Shown: one piece after another, positions 29,800 to 38,067 of the stretch
Layout: each line of letters begins with the position of its first letter
How positions within the stretch are numbered: position 1 is the first letter of the stretch
Assembly: GCA_041191145.1 (NCBI GenBank)
Contig: JBEEPK010000002.1
Coordinates: forward strand, 3,539-67,538
Direction: 5' to 3'
DNA from: Bacteroidota bacterium
GTDB taxonomy: Bacteria > Bacteroidota > Ignavibacteria > Kapaibacteriales > UBA961
DNA length: 64,000 bases
Translations under genes and position numbers: made by a program
Notes under the pieces: model-generated
The model's input: the letters and a program-made list of their open reading frames with translations, nothing else
Database searches by the model: none
What the model was told of the DNA's origin: nothing

Positions 29800-31617
29800 T
29801 CATTTACCAATATATCTTGCTTCTTCAAGTAATTTTAAATATTCGCCTCTATATCCATCCTCATCATCTCCAAGTCCTGAATTTCCAAGTTCCTTTGCTT
29901 GTTTCCAATTTGCACTACCTTTAAAGGGACTTTCTCTCAATAACATTCCAAATTCAGCTACTGAACATATGAAACGAAAATCATCGCTCACATTTAAGAT
30001 ATTTTTTGGTGTATTGTATACTATCTCTTCAAGAGCATATTCACTATTGTTTTCAGGTTTTTTGTACTTAACATTAATTGTAAGGAGTTCATAATTTGGA
30101 TTATAGCTAATTGGATTTATTGGTAAAAAGTATTTCTTACTTTTTGGACTTGCACAATTACCTAGAATTATTTCGTACAATGCTGTGACACTATGACCAG
30201 AACCCATTTCGCCTGCATCAATCCTTGAATCATCAAAATCTGAGTTTTTTAAACCCCTATTTTCATATCCTATCTGTCTATAACTTGAAACAAAACTTGG
30301 ATTAAATTCTAATTGTGCTTTCACATCTTTCGCAACAGTAAGTAAAGTACCGCGAAATTCTTCGACAAGCACTTTTTTAGCTTCAATCACATTATCAATA
30401 TGGAAATAATTTCCATTTCCTTTGTCAGCAATAATTTCGAGTTTATTATCCTTCAAGTTGTCTAATCCAAATCCTAAAACTGTAATTTCAATCTTATCTT
30501 TACGTAATCGTTCCATCATCCGCTGCATTTCTCCATCACTATTGATCCCCATATTGAAATCGCCATCTGTAGCAACAATTACGCGATTATTTGTCTTGCT
30601 ATTCAAGTTCTTTCTTAGCAATTGATAAGCAGCTTCAATTCCCGGTGCTCCAGGAGTTGCTCCATCTGCTTGCAATTCCTGTATCTTTTGAGAAATATTC
30701 CTCCTATCACTGCAACTTATAGGTTCAAGTACTATGTTGGCTGTACTTCCACTATATGTAACTATCGAGACAACATCATCTTCTCGCAGTTTGTTAAGTA
30801 ATAAATTAAATGCCCTTTTGGCTAATGGTAGCTTCACTTTTGAATCCATTGAACCTGATATATCAATAAGAAGAACCACATTATTCGAAGGACTAATATT
30901 CGTATTGACTTTCTTACTCTTTAAACCTACTTTTAACAATAGTGCATCCTTATTCCATGGACATTTGGTCAATTCAGTATTGAGCATGATATCTTGATTA
31001 TTCTCAGGTTCAGGGTAATCATATGGAAAGTAATTTATGAATTCTTCTATTCTCACAGCGTCAATTGGTAGCCTACGACCTGAATTGATAAAATGTCTTG
31101 CAATGCTGTAGGAAGCTTTATCTACGTCTATTGCAAAGGTTGAAAGTGGTTCTTGTATGACTACATTAAATCCATTCTCATTAATTGGCGAAAAATCATA
31201 TGTAAAGTAACCGCCATAGGAAATTGGAGCAGAAACAGAATGAGCAGTCATAGAAGCACTCCGGGCTTCACTCGCAGAATATATTTGTGGAGAAATCAAT
31301 GTATCGTATGTTCTGTCTGGATTAGAGGATTGCAAATATATCCGCCCTTTAAAATTCGATTTGGCAATGAATGAGTAATTGTTAAATCCCTTAGCAGAAA
31401 CAGTAATTTTATCACCATTTCTTGCATTTATTAAAAAATATCCATTGGATTGAGTTATAACAATATCTTGATTCATTGTGTTTTTGATTGTTGCTGAAGC
31501 AATCGCTGTGCTATCTTTGGCATTTAATACAAATCCATCAATAATCACTCTTGAAGCTTTTTGTGCATGTATTACACATGTTGCACAAATCAATACCGTG
31601 TAAATAATAAAACGCAT
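29800..31617 (-). CDS. von Willebrand factor type A domain protein (YfbK-like, secreted)
   Basis: Signal peptide. Carboxypeptidase-regulatory-like N-domain. MIDAS motif 'VVLLIDISGSMD'. Long YfbK-type C-terminal region. Confidence 0.75.
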   Translation of the reverse strand: MRFIIYTVLICATCVIHAQKASRVIIDGFVLNAKDSTAIASATIKNTMNQDIVITQSNGYFLINARNGDKITVSAKGFNNYSFIAKSNFKGRIYLQSSNPDRTYDTLISPQIYSASEARSASMTAHSVSAPISYGGYFTYDFSPINENGFNVVIQEPLSTFAIDVDKASYSIARHFINSGRRLPIDAVRIEEFINYFPYDYPEPENNQDIMLNTELTKCPWNKDALLLKVGLKSKKVNTNISPSNNVVLLIDISGSMDSKVKLPLAKRAFNLLLNKLREDDVVSIVTYSGSTANIVLEPISCSDRRNISQKIQELQADGATPGAPGIEAAYQLLRKNLNSKTNNRVIVATDGDFNMGINSDGEMQRMMERLRKDKIEITVLGFGLDNLKDNKLEIIADKGNGNYFHIDNVIEAKKVLVEEFRGTLLTVAKDVKAQLEFNPSFVSSYRQIGYENRGLKNSDFDDSRIDAGEMGSGHSVTALYEIILGNCASPKSKKYFLPINPISYNPNYELLTINVKYKKPENNSEYALEEIVYNTPKNILNVSDDFRFICSVAEFGMLLRESPFKGSANWKQAKELGNSGLGDDEDGYRGEYLKLLEEARYIGK

Positions 31618-31745
31618 ACACTCTCCTAAAAAATAACCCTAACAAGGTACATTACTTTATATTGTAAATATTTTAAGTCTTTGATGAAAAAGGGGATGTC
31701 CCAGTCAATAAATCACAAACTAGTACTTAAATAGTAAAATGAAAA

Positions 31746-31772
31746 CAAAAAATCCCCATAAGGGGATTTTTT
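31746..31772. terminator. Bidirectional rho-independent terminator
   Basis: A6-ATCCCC-ataa-GGGGAT-T6, immediately 3' of the rsmI-like stop. Confidence 0.7.
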
Positions 31773-31775
31773 CAA

Positions 31776-33515
31776 TTAGTACTTTCTTCTTGGTGGCTTC
31801 ATTCCTGATGAGGAATCGGATGTTCCCTTATACTTCTTTTTATCTTTTGAGTCAAAAGAAGGTTTTCCACCGAACTTCCTGTCTCTACCTCCACTTCTCT
31901 CGGAATATGAATCTCCATCGCGTTTTCTGAATCCACCGGAATCTCCATCGCGTTTTCTGAATCCGCCGGAATCGCCATCGCGCTTTTTGTATCCACCAGA
32001 ATCTCCATCGCGCTTTTTGTATCCACCGGAATCTCCATCGCGTTTTCTGTAACCACTGGAATCTCCATCGCGTTTTCTGTATCCACCGGAATCTCCATCG
32101 CGCTTTTTGTAACCCCCTGAATCACCATCGCGTTTTCTGAATCCGCCGGAATCGCCATCACGCTTTTTGTATCCGCCGGAATCGCCATCGCGCTTTTTGT
32201 ATCCACCGGAATCACCATCGCGTTTTCTGTATCCGCCAGAATCACCATCGCGTTTTCTGAATCCACCGGAATCGCCATCGCGCTTTTTGTATCCACCGGA
32301 ATCACCATCGCGTTTTCTGTATCCGCCAGAATCACCATCGCGTTTTCTGAATCCACCGGAATCACCATCGCGTTTTCTGAATCCGCCGGAATCGCCATCG
32401 CGTTTTCTGAATCCACCGGAATCACCATCGCGTTTTCTGAATCCGCCGGAATCGCCATCACGCTTTTTGTATCCACCGGAATCACCATCGCGCTTTCTGA
32501 ATCCGCCGGAATCGCCTTCACGTTTTCTGTATCCGCCGGAATCGCCATCACGCTTTCTGTATCCACCGGAATCGCCTTCACGTTTTCTGTATCCGCCGGA
32601 ATCGCCTTCGTGCTTTTTAAAATCGACCGATTCTTCATCACTATTGCTATAGCTATCTAACTCATCTTCGTGGATATCAATATCTTGCTTTATAGGCAAT
32701 GAATCTTCATCAGCTTCAAAAAGCTCATCATGAGTTTCTTCTGAAACTTTCAACTTTTTAGAATCGCTGATAGCAATGCGTTCTTTCTTCTTTTCGAAAT
32801 TTGACAATACGCTAAGAAGTGTTCTTCCGGGATGACCTTCAAACACTATCACGAATTCACCCTTGAAAGGTGTATCGGTAAATGCTTGATGAAGTTCTGA
32901 AAATGTGCCATAATGATGATGTTCAAAGGACATTGTTAGATTACATCCGATATAAGCTTTACGATCGGGCATCACTTTTGCAGCTGCTTCAAGGATTTGT
33001 TTTAGTCGATAGGGAGTTTCAAGAAGAACAGTTGTTCTTGGTTCCAGTGCAAGCGCTTGCATTTCCATTAATCTGTCTTCTGTGGTTCTGCTCAAGAAAC
33101 CTGCGCAGGTAAAAACATCAGATTTAAAACCACTTCGTACTAGTGCTGTCATAATAGAACTTGGACCGGGAACTACGACGATATTGATATTCGCATCCAA
33201 TGCCAGATTCAAAAAGTACCTACCTGGATCGGCAAATATGGGAGTTCCTGCATCTGAGATCAAAGCAAATGATTCTCCATTTTGGAGTCTTTCGATCAAT
33301 TGAGGAGCATATTCATCTTCATTATGCTCATTGAGTTGTTCGAGATTTGCACTGAAGTTATGTCTTTTTGCAAGCAAAGCTCCAATTTTCTCTTCTTCAC
33401 AAATAACTGTATCCACTTTCTTCAGTACTTTCAAAGCACGAAGTGAGATGTCATCCTCATTACCAATTGGTGTTGAAACGATGTATAATACCGACTGTTC
33501 TTGCTTCTTCCGCAT
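31776..33515 (-). CDS. rsmI: 16S rRNA (cytidine1402-2'-O)-methyltransferase RsmI fused to a ~340-aa acidic linker plus a tail of ~24 decapeptide repeats
   Basis: The N-terminal ~230 aa have the tetrapyrrole-methylase fold motifs ('LYIVSTPIGNEDDIS', 'SDAGTPIFADPG'). One continuous ORF then continues through (D/E)GDSGG(Y/F)(R/K)KR x ~24. Confidence 0.75.
   Translation of the reverse strand: MRKKQEQSVLYIVSTPIGNEDDISLRALKVLKKVDTVICEEEKIGALLAKRHNFSANLEQLNEHNEDEYAPQLIERLQNGESFALISDAGTPIFADPGRYFLNLALDANINIVVVPGPSSIMTALVRSGFKSDVFTCAGFLSRTTEDRLMEMQALALEPRTTVLLETPYRLKQILEAAAKVMPDRKAYIGCNLTMSFEHHHYGTFSELHQAFTDTPFKGEFVIVFEGHPGRTLLSVLSNFEKKKERIAISDSKKLKVSEETHDELFEADEDSLPIKQDIDIHEDELDSYSNSDEESVDFKKHEGDSGGYRKREGDSGGYRKRDGDSGGYRKREGDSGGFRKRDGDSGGYKKRDGDSGGFRKRDGDSGGFRKRDGDSGGFRKRDGDSGGFRKRDGDSGGYRKRDGDSGGYKKRDGDSGGFRKRDGDSGGYRKRDGDSGGYKKRDGDSGGYKKRDGDSGGFRKRDGDSGGYKKRDGDSGGYRKRDGDSSGYRKRDGDSGGYKKRDGDSGGYKKRDGDSGGFRKRDGDSGGFRKRDGDSYSERSGGRDRKFGGKPSFDSKDKKKYKGTSDSSSGMKPPRRKY
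31890..32630. repeat. Tandem 30-bp coding repeat (~24 copies) inside the rsmI-like gene
   Basis: Near-identical units 'CCATCGCG(T/C)TTT(C/T)TG(A/T)ATCC(A/G)CC(G/A)GAATC(T/G/A)' read directly from the sequence. They cause the shadow ORFs in the other frames. Confidence 0.85.
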
Positions 33516-35188
33516 TAAAATCCTGTGTGGAGTATGAGTGATGATGAATACTGTGTTGAATAAATTGTCAACATCCGCATTGCATTAGGTATATCATGTT
33601 GAATGGAAATGGTAGCATTCAAACCATCCCATTGTATGTTTTGTGTGTAGTCTTGTAACTCTTTCCCTTGCATGTCAAAAAGTTTCACAATGCACTGTTC
33701 TCTTTTTGGAAGTGAGAAGGTAATCACTTGTTTTCTTGATTCAAGGGCAGGGTTAGGGAATGCATTGACTAATGGAGTCATCACATATTCAGAAATTGAA
33801 TTTGCATTTCCCTGAGTTGAAATAGGAATCGACAAAGTTGGTATACCATCTGCAAAGCGAAGTCTGAGGAGCGTTGCCGACTCAATGGGAGATTTCATTA
33901 TAAGTGAAAGATATTGCATCGTACCGGGTTTAATAATACTATCAAAAGGTAAAACCCTTGCATTGGAAATGGTTGGTCTGAATTCCGTGGAATTGATTTT
34001 CAATGATTGATTCCCTTTATTGATTACAGGAATGCGCATAAGCATGGAATCGCCGGAAACAATTTGTGCAAATACTCCAAGTGAATCCGTTACCGGTTCA
34101 GGATATAATGGAAAATCAGGTTGTGTTGAGAGTCTGAACATTCGATCGATCATATTAGGATGAGCGATATATGGATTCATTCTTTTCTGAACGGAAGCGA
34201 TAGACATTCCACGGCTTCTTTCTCGCTCATCAACAGGATCTTGCTTATTCCATGTTCTGATAATGGTTTCCATATTGGTTAGAAAACCACTTTGGTCAAA
34301 GCTTCCTTTACGATTGCCATAACGAGTTGCGAAATATAAGATACCACGAGCAATATTGCCTTTCATGATATCTCGTGGTTCAAAAACTGTATCGGCTGAG
34401 GATTGTGGAAGTCCTAATGTAGAGCCACCGGATTCCCAAGAAATGGAACGAGAAACTATGCCAAATGGATGATTTGATCTTTTTTCATTTGCTTTTGAGT
34501 CAGTAGGGTACAAATGAAAAATATCAGATCTGGCAGGTTCTTTATCGGCTCCTTTGCTTTGTGGCCAAGAATGTTCGGTATTGAACACACTCGCATTTGG
34601 AATGCCGGTTGTTTGAATCTTGCGTCCTGTATAAGCACATTCCACAGTCCCATTCACATTGTCTGCTTTTGAGAACATATGTTGTCTTGCATCTGTATAT
34701 GTAAACATGAGTGCCTGGTTCAGGTAAGCATTAAGGGCATTGTATAATGCCTGACCTTCCAAGTCTTGCGTGAATGCAAATTCTGGTTCTGAATACTCAG
34801 CTCTACCTTTTAGTTTTACAGCCAATGAATACCGCGTTTCAGGACAAGTGACGCGTAAAAGTAGATGTCCAATATGCGTGATATTATGCGGGGTTTTGAA
34901 AGATAGAGGCAATTCTTGTTTTTGACCCGGCTGAATGGTTATGGAACCGGATTGCAAAACTGAAAACACAGGCCAACGAGAATATGTAAAAACGGTATCT
35001 ATTCTAATCAATGAACTCGAAGTATTGGTAATAGTAAGAATCTTAATGCTTTCATCACCCGTCAATACAGTACCAAAATCAATTGAGTCTGCTGATATTG
35101 TAATCCTACAGGGCAATTCATTTGCAATCATTGATTGAAAATGATGCATTCCAAGAATCATCAGTAATATTGAGATTATTATTTTCAT
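33515..35188 (-). CDS. Extracellular endonuclease I family nuclease with T9SS C-terminal sorting domain
   Basis: Signal peptide. Endonuclease_1 motifs 'FNTEHSWPQS' and 'DIFHLYPTDSKANEKRSNHPFG'. C-terminal 'AFPNPALESRKQVITFSL...VKLFDMQGKEL' matches a Por_Secre_tail pattern. Confidence 0.7.
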   Translation of the reverse strand: MKIIISILLMILGMHHFQSMIANELPCRITISADSIDFGTVLTGDESIKILTITNTSSSLIRIDTVFTYSRWPVFSVLQSGSITIQPGQKQELPLSFKTPHNITHIGHLLLRVTCPETRYSLAVKLKGRAEYSEPEFAFTQDLEGQALYNALNAYLNQALMFTYTDARQHMFSKADNVNGTVECAYTGRKIQTTGIPNASVFNTEHSWPQSKGADKEPARSDIFHLYPTDSKANEKRSNHPFGIVSRSISWESGGSTLGLPQSSADTVFEPRDIMKGNIARGILYFATRYGNRKGSFDQSGFLTNMETIIRTWNKQDPVDERERSRGMSIASVQKRMNPYIAHPNMIDRMFRLSTQPDFPLYPEPVTDSLGVFAQIVSGDSMLMRIPVINKGNQSLKINSTEFRPTISNARVLPFDSIIKPGTMQYLSLIMKSPIESATLLRLRFADGIPTLSIPISTQGNANSISEYVMTPLVNAFPNPALESRKQVITFSLPKREQCIVKLFDMQGKELQDYTQNIQWDGLNATISIQHDIPNAMRMLTIYSTQYSSSLILHTGF

Positions 35189-35925
35189 AAAGGTAATTTT
35201 CCTTCCATTGCATTCCATGTATCGCTAATTGCTTGTGCAATTTCGGAAAATTCACATGAATACCCGAAACATTCCGACAAGCAGGTTGAATGTGAAACAA
35301 TGTTCTGCTTCAAAATCGATTGTTCTTCCTGATCATTTGTGAGTAGCTTCACAATATCTAGATATGATTGATCCAAGGGAAGAGAACCATGTTGAAGAAG
35401 CACTCCGTCAAAGAATCTTTGAGCACTTCCCATGAGTTTTTTGCCATTGCAGGTAAGTTCATATCGAGCAGATGAAGAGAAACATGCAGAAGAAACTTGA
35501 AGTGCATAATGCTCATTGAAATCCGCATTGGATTTTGCAAAATCCAGATTCTTAACTCCTATGCCATCAAGAGCTCTTAAAAAAAATGCATGAATTTCTC
35601 TGTACGCATTTCTCGCAATATCCATCGAATCACAAGGCATGACAATACAATATGTCAATTCATTGGAATGTAAAACTGCTCTTCCACCGGTGGGTCTTCT
35701 GACAATTGGAATATCGAGTGATGCACAATTGACTTCAATATCGCGGGAAATCACTTGGTTTTTTCCAAGCGACAAAGTTGGCTTGTCCCATCCATATATT
35801 CGAAAATGACCTGTTACATCTTTATTGTTTCGCAAAGCAATTGACATTGTCTCCGCTTGCGTGAAGTCCAAGAGCATATTTTGTTCACCGGACAAAAATC
35901 CGCTCTCCATGAAGGTCCATTTCAT
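35185..35925 (-). CDS. Lipoate--protein ligase family protein (BPL/LplA/LipB catalytic domain)
   Basis: 'RRPTGGRAVLHSNELTYCIVMP' motif of the lipoyl/octanoyl transferase family. Confidence 0.6.
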   Translation of the reverse strand: MKWTFMESGFLSGEQNMLLDFTQAETMSIALRNNKDVTGHFRIYGWDKPTLSLGKNQVISRDIEVNCASLDIPIVRRPTGGRAVLHSNELTYCIVMPCDSMDIARNAYREIHAFFLRALDGIGVKNLDFAKSNADFNEHYALQVSSACFSSSARYELTCNGKKLMGSAQRFFDGVLLQHGSLPLDQSYLDIVKLLTNDQEEQSILKQNIVSHSTCLSECFGYSCEFSEIAQAISDTWNAMEGKLPL

Positions 35926-36887
35926 GATTCGTCTTCAATATTGTCCAAACTATCCATGATTTCTCGACATGTCATTTCATCTCGATGCAATTGATCTTTC
36001 AAATGATTGAGTGATGCGAATGCTTGTTCTTCTCGGATATATTTCAAGAACCAAATAACCAATTGTGTATCATACAAATCTTCATTTACATCAAAGAAAT
36101 GTACTTCGAGTGATATTTGATCAGTAACTCCTACAGTCGGTCTATTCCCGATATTTGCCATCCCATAAACAGTTATGCCATTGATATCAGTCGAAACAAA
36201 ATACACCCCTTTTCTGGGAAATAACTTGTAATGAATCGCAGGTTTGATATTTGCCGTTGGAAAACCGATTGTTCTGCCTCTTTGATCACCTTTTATAACG
36301 ATGCCTTCAATGAAATAAGGATGACCAAGCATATCAAATGCTTCGGGTAAATTACCATTTGAAAGTGCTTTGCGAATCTCTGTACTGCTCACTGTTTTAT
36401 GATCGATGACATAAGGCTCGATTGGATGTACGGTGAACTGCAATTCCTCTGAAAGTGCATGAAGCGTATTTGCTCCTCCTTCACGAGCTTTGCCGAATCC
36501 ATGATCATGGCCTATGAAGATGTCTGAAAAACCAATCTTTTCATGAATATATGTTCTAATGAATTCATCGGATGAAGTCTGTGCAAATTCCTTGGTGAAT
36601 GGAATGATCACCACCATGTCAATCCCATAAGATTCAAGCAATTGCAATCGCTCGGAAATATCGCTCAGTAAAGTAATCGGGGGTTTGTCTTTTCTTGGGA
36701 TGACAGTTTGAGGATGCGGATCAAAAGTGACTATAACTGTGCGTGCATCTTTCTTCTTCTGTTGTAAAGTCAACATTGATTCAATTATGAATTGATGTCC
36801 TTTATGCACTCCGTCAAATGTTCCAACAGTGATGATAGTATTATTGTCATGCGGAATTGCATCATGTAATGTAAAAACTTCCATCAT
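35922..36887 (-). CDS. ribF: Bifunctional riboflavin kinase/FAD synthetase
   Basis: 'VGTFDGVHKGHQ' nucleotidyltransferase motif and a C-terminal flavokinase domain. Overlaps truB by 4 bp. Confidence 0.9.
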   Translation of the reverse strand: MMEVFTLHDAIPHDNNTIITVGTFDGVHKGHQFIIESMLTLQQKKKDARTVIVTFDPHPQTVIPRKDKPPITLLSDISERLQLLESYGIDMVVIIPFTKEFAQTSSDEFIRTYIHEKIGFSDIFIGHDHGFGKAREGGANTLHALSEELQFTVHPIEPYVIDHKTVSSTEIRKALSNGNLPEAFDMLGHPYFIEGIVIKGDQRGRTIGFPTANIKPAIHYKLFPRKGVYFVSTDINGITVYGMANIGNRPTVGVTDQISLEVHFFDVNEDLYDTQLVIWFLKYIREEQAFASLNHLKDQLHRDEMTCREIMDSLDNIEDES

Positions 36888-37645
36888 TCCGCCGAAATAT
36901 GTAATGATTGAAACTCTTCAGCTTGCATCACATGCATAGCTTGCTCAAATTCGCGAATATCCAAGGCATCTTCCACTGAAAAATCACCACTTGAAATTCG
37001 TCTGAGTGCAGTCAAATACCCAACTGTACCTAACTTTTCAGCAATATCCCTTGCAAGTGATCTTATATAGGTGCCTTTTGAACATTGTACGGTAATCGTC
37101 AAGTGAATTCCATCAAATGCATCTAGAGTTACATACTCAATATGGATGTCTCTGGGTTCAATCTCGACTTGAATACCCTTTCGCGCTTTATGATAAAGTG
37201 GGATTCCATTCTTTTTAAGTGCGGAATACATTGGTGGAATCTGTTTTGTATTACCGGTAAATGAATGCAATACTTCTCTGATTGTCTCTTCACTCAAATG
37301 ATGGGGAATATCGACAAAGACAGATTCAGGACTTTCTGAATCTAGAGACACAGTTGAGGCACCAAGTTTAATGGTTGCGATATATGCTTTGTGGCTATTC
37401 TGATAGGTGGAAATCAATTTTGTTGCTTGTCTTCCAATGCATACGATCAATAATCCGGTGGCAAGGGGATCGAGCGTTCCGGCATGACCAATCTTTTTGA
37501 TTCCGACTATTCTTCTGAGTTTAGCCACGACATCAAATGAAGTCCATGAAATTTCTTTGTCAATGAATATAATAGCTCCATTTTCCCGAGCATCAGCATA
37601 CCATTGCTTGAGAGAAGCCAAAGATTGTTTGGTGAGAATATTCAT
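36884..37645 (-). CDS. truB: tRNA pseudouridine(55) synthase
   Basis: 'GHAGTLDPLATGLL' catalytic Asp motif. Confidence 0.9.
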   Translation of the reverse strand: MNILTKQSLASLKQWYADARENGAIIFIDKEISWTSFDVVAKLRRIVGIKKIGHAGTLDPLATGLLIVCIGRQATKLISTYQNSHKAYIATIKLGASTVSLDSESPESVFVDIPHHLSEETIREVLHSFTGNTKQIPPMYSALKKNGIPLYHKARKGIQVEIEPRDIHIEYVTLDAFDGIHLTITVQCSKGTYIRSLARDIAEKLGTVGYLTALRRISSGDFSVEDALDIREFEQAMHVMQAEEFQSLHISAE

Positions 37646-37694
37646 GGAATAAAGGGAAGAAATGAATCAGCATCAGAGAGTAAATCGCCTGAAA

Positions 37695-38066
37695 TTACTC
37701 GGACGCGTGACCATCACGAAGGCGATCATTTTTCTTTGTTTGTTCAACAAGGTTTTGAATTTGTTCCATTGCATCCATTGTTTCATCACGATAAAATCGT
37801 AATTCCGGAGCAAAACGAAGCTGAACCTTGGATGCGACATGTTTTCTGATCGCATGTTTTTCTTCATCAATGGCATATAGAACATCAGCAACCGATGCTT
37901 TTCCGCCGATAGCACTGATATACACTTTTGCTATTTGTAAATCAGGTGACATCTTGACAGATGTCACCGTGATTAACCCTGCTCTTTTTTCAGAAGCAAT
38001 TCTTCGAAGAGGTTCGGACAATGCTTCCATTATGACTGAAGCTACTTTTTCAGTTCTGATCGACAT
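37695..38066 (-). CDS. rbfA: Ribosome-binding factor A
   Basis: KH-like 'ITVTSVKMSPDLQIAKVYIS' motif. Sits between infB and truB. Confidence 0.9.
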   Translation of the reverse strand: MSIRTEKVASVIMEALSEPLRRIASEKRAGLITVTSVKMSPDLQIAKVYISAIGGKASVADVLYAIDEEKHAIRKHVASKVQLRFAPELRFYRDETMDAMEQIQNLVEQTKKNDRLRDGHASE

Positions 38067-38067
38067 A

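Noticed and set aside
31890-32630. Possible CRISPR array, given the ~30-bp direct repeats
   Set aside because: The repeats are contiguous with no spacers. They maintain an open reading frame, and no cas genes are nearby.
31799-32641. 280-aa minus-strand ORF ('AIPADTENVK' repeats) in an alternative frame
   Set aside because: An alternative frame of the same repeat. The frame that is continuous with the RsmI domain is the credible one.
32167-32652. 161-aa + strand ORF encoding 'PPESPSRFLY' repeats
   Set aside because: An antisense-frame shadow of the 30-bp tandem repeat inside the minus-strand rsmI-like gene. It has no independent start context.
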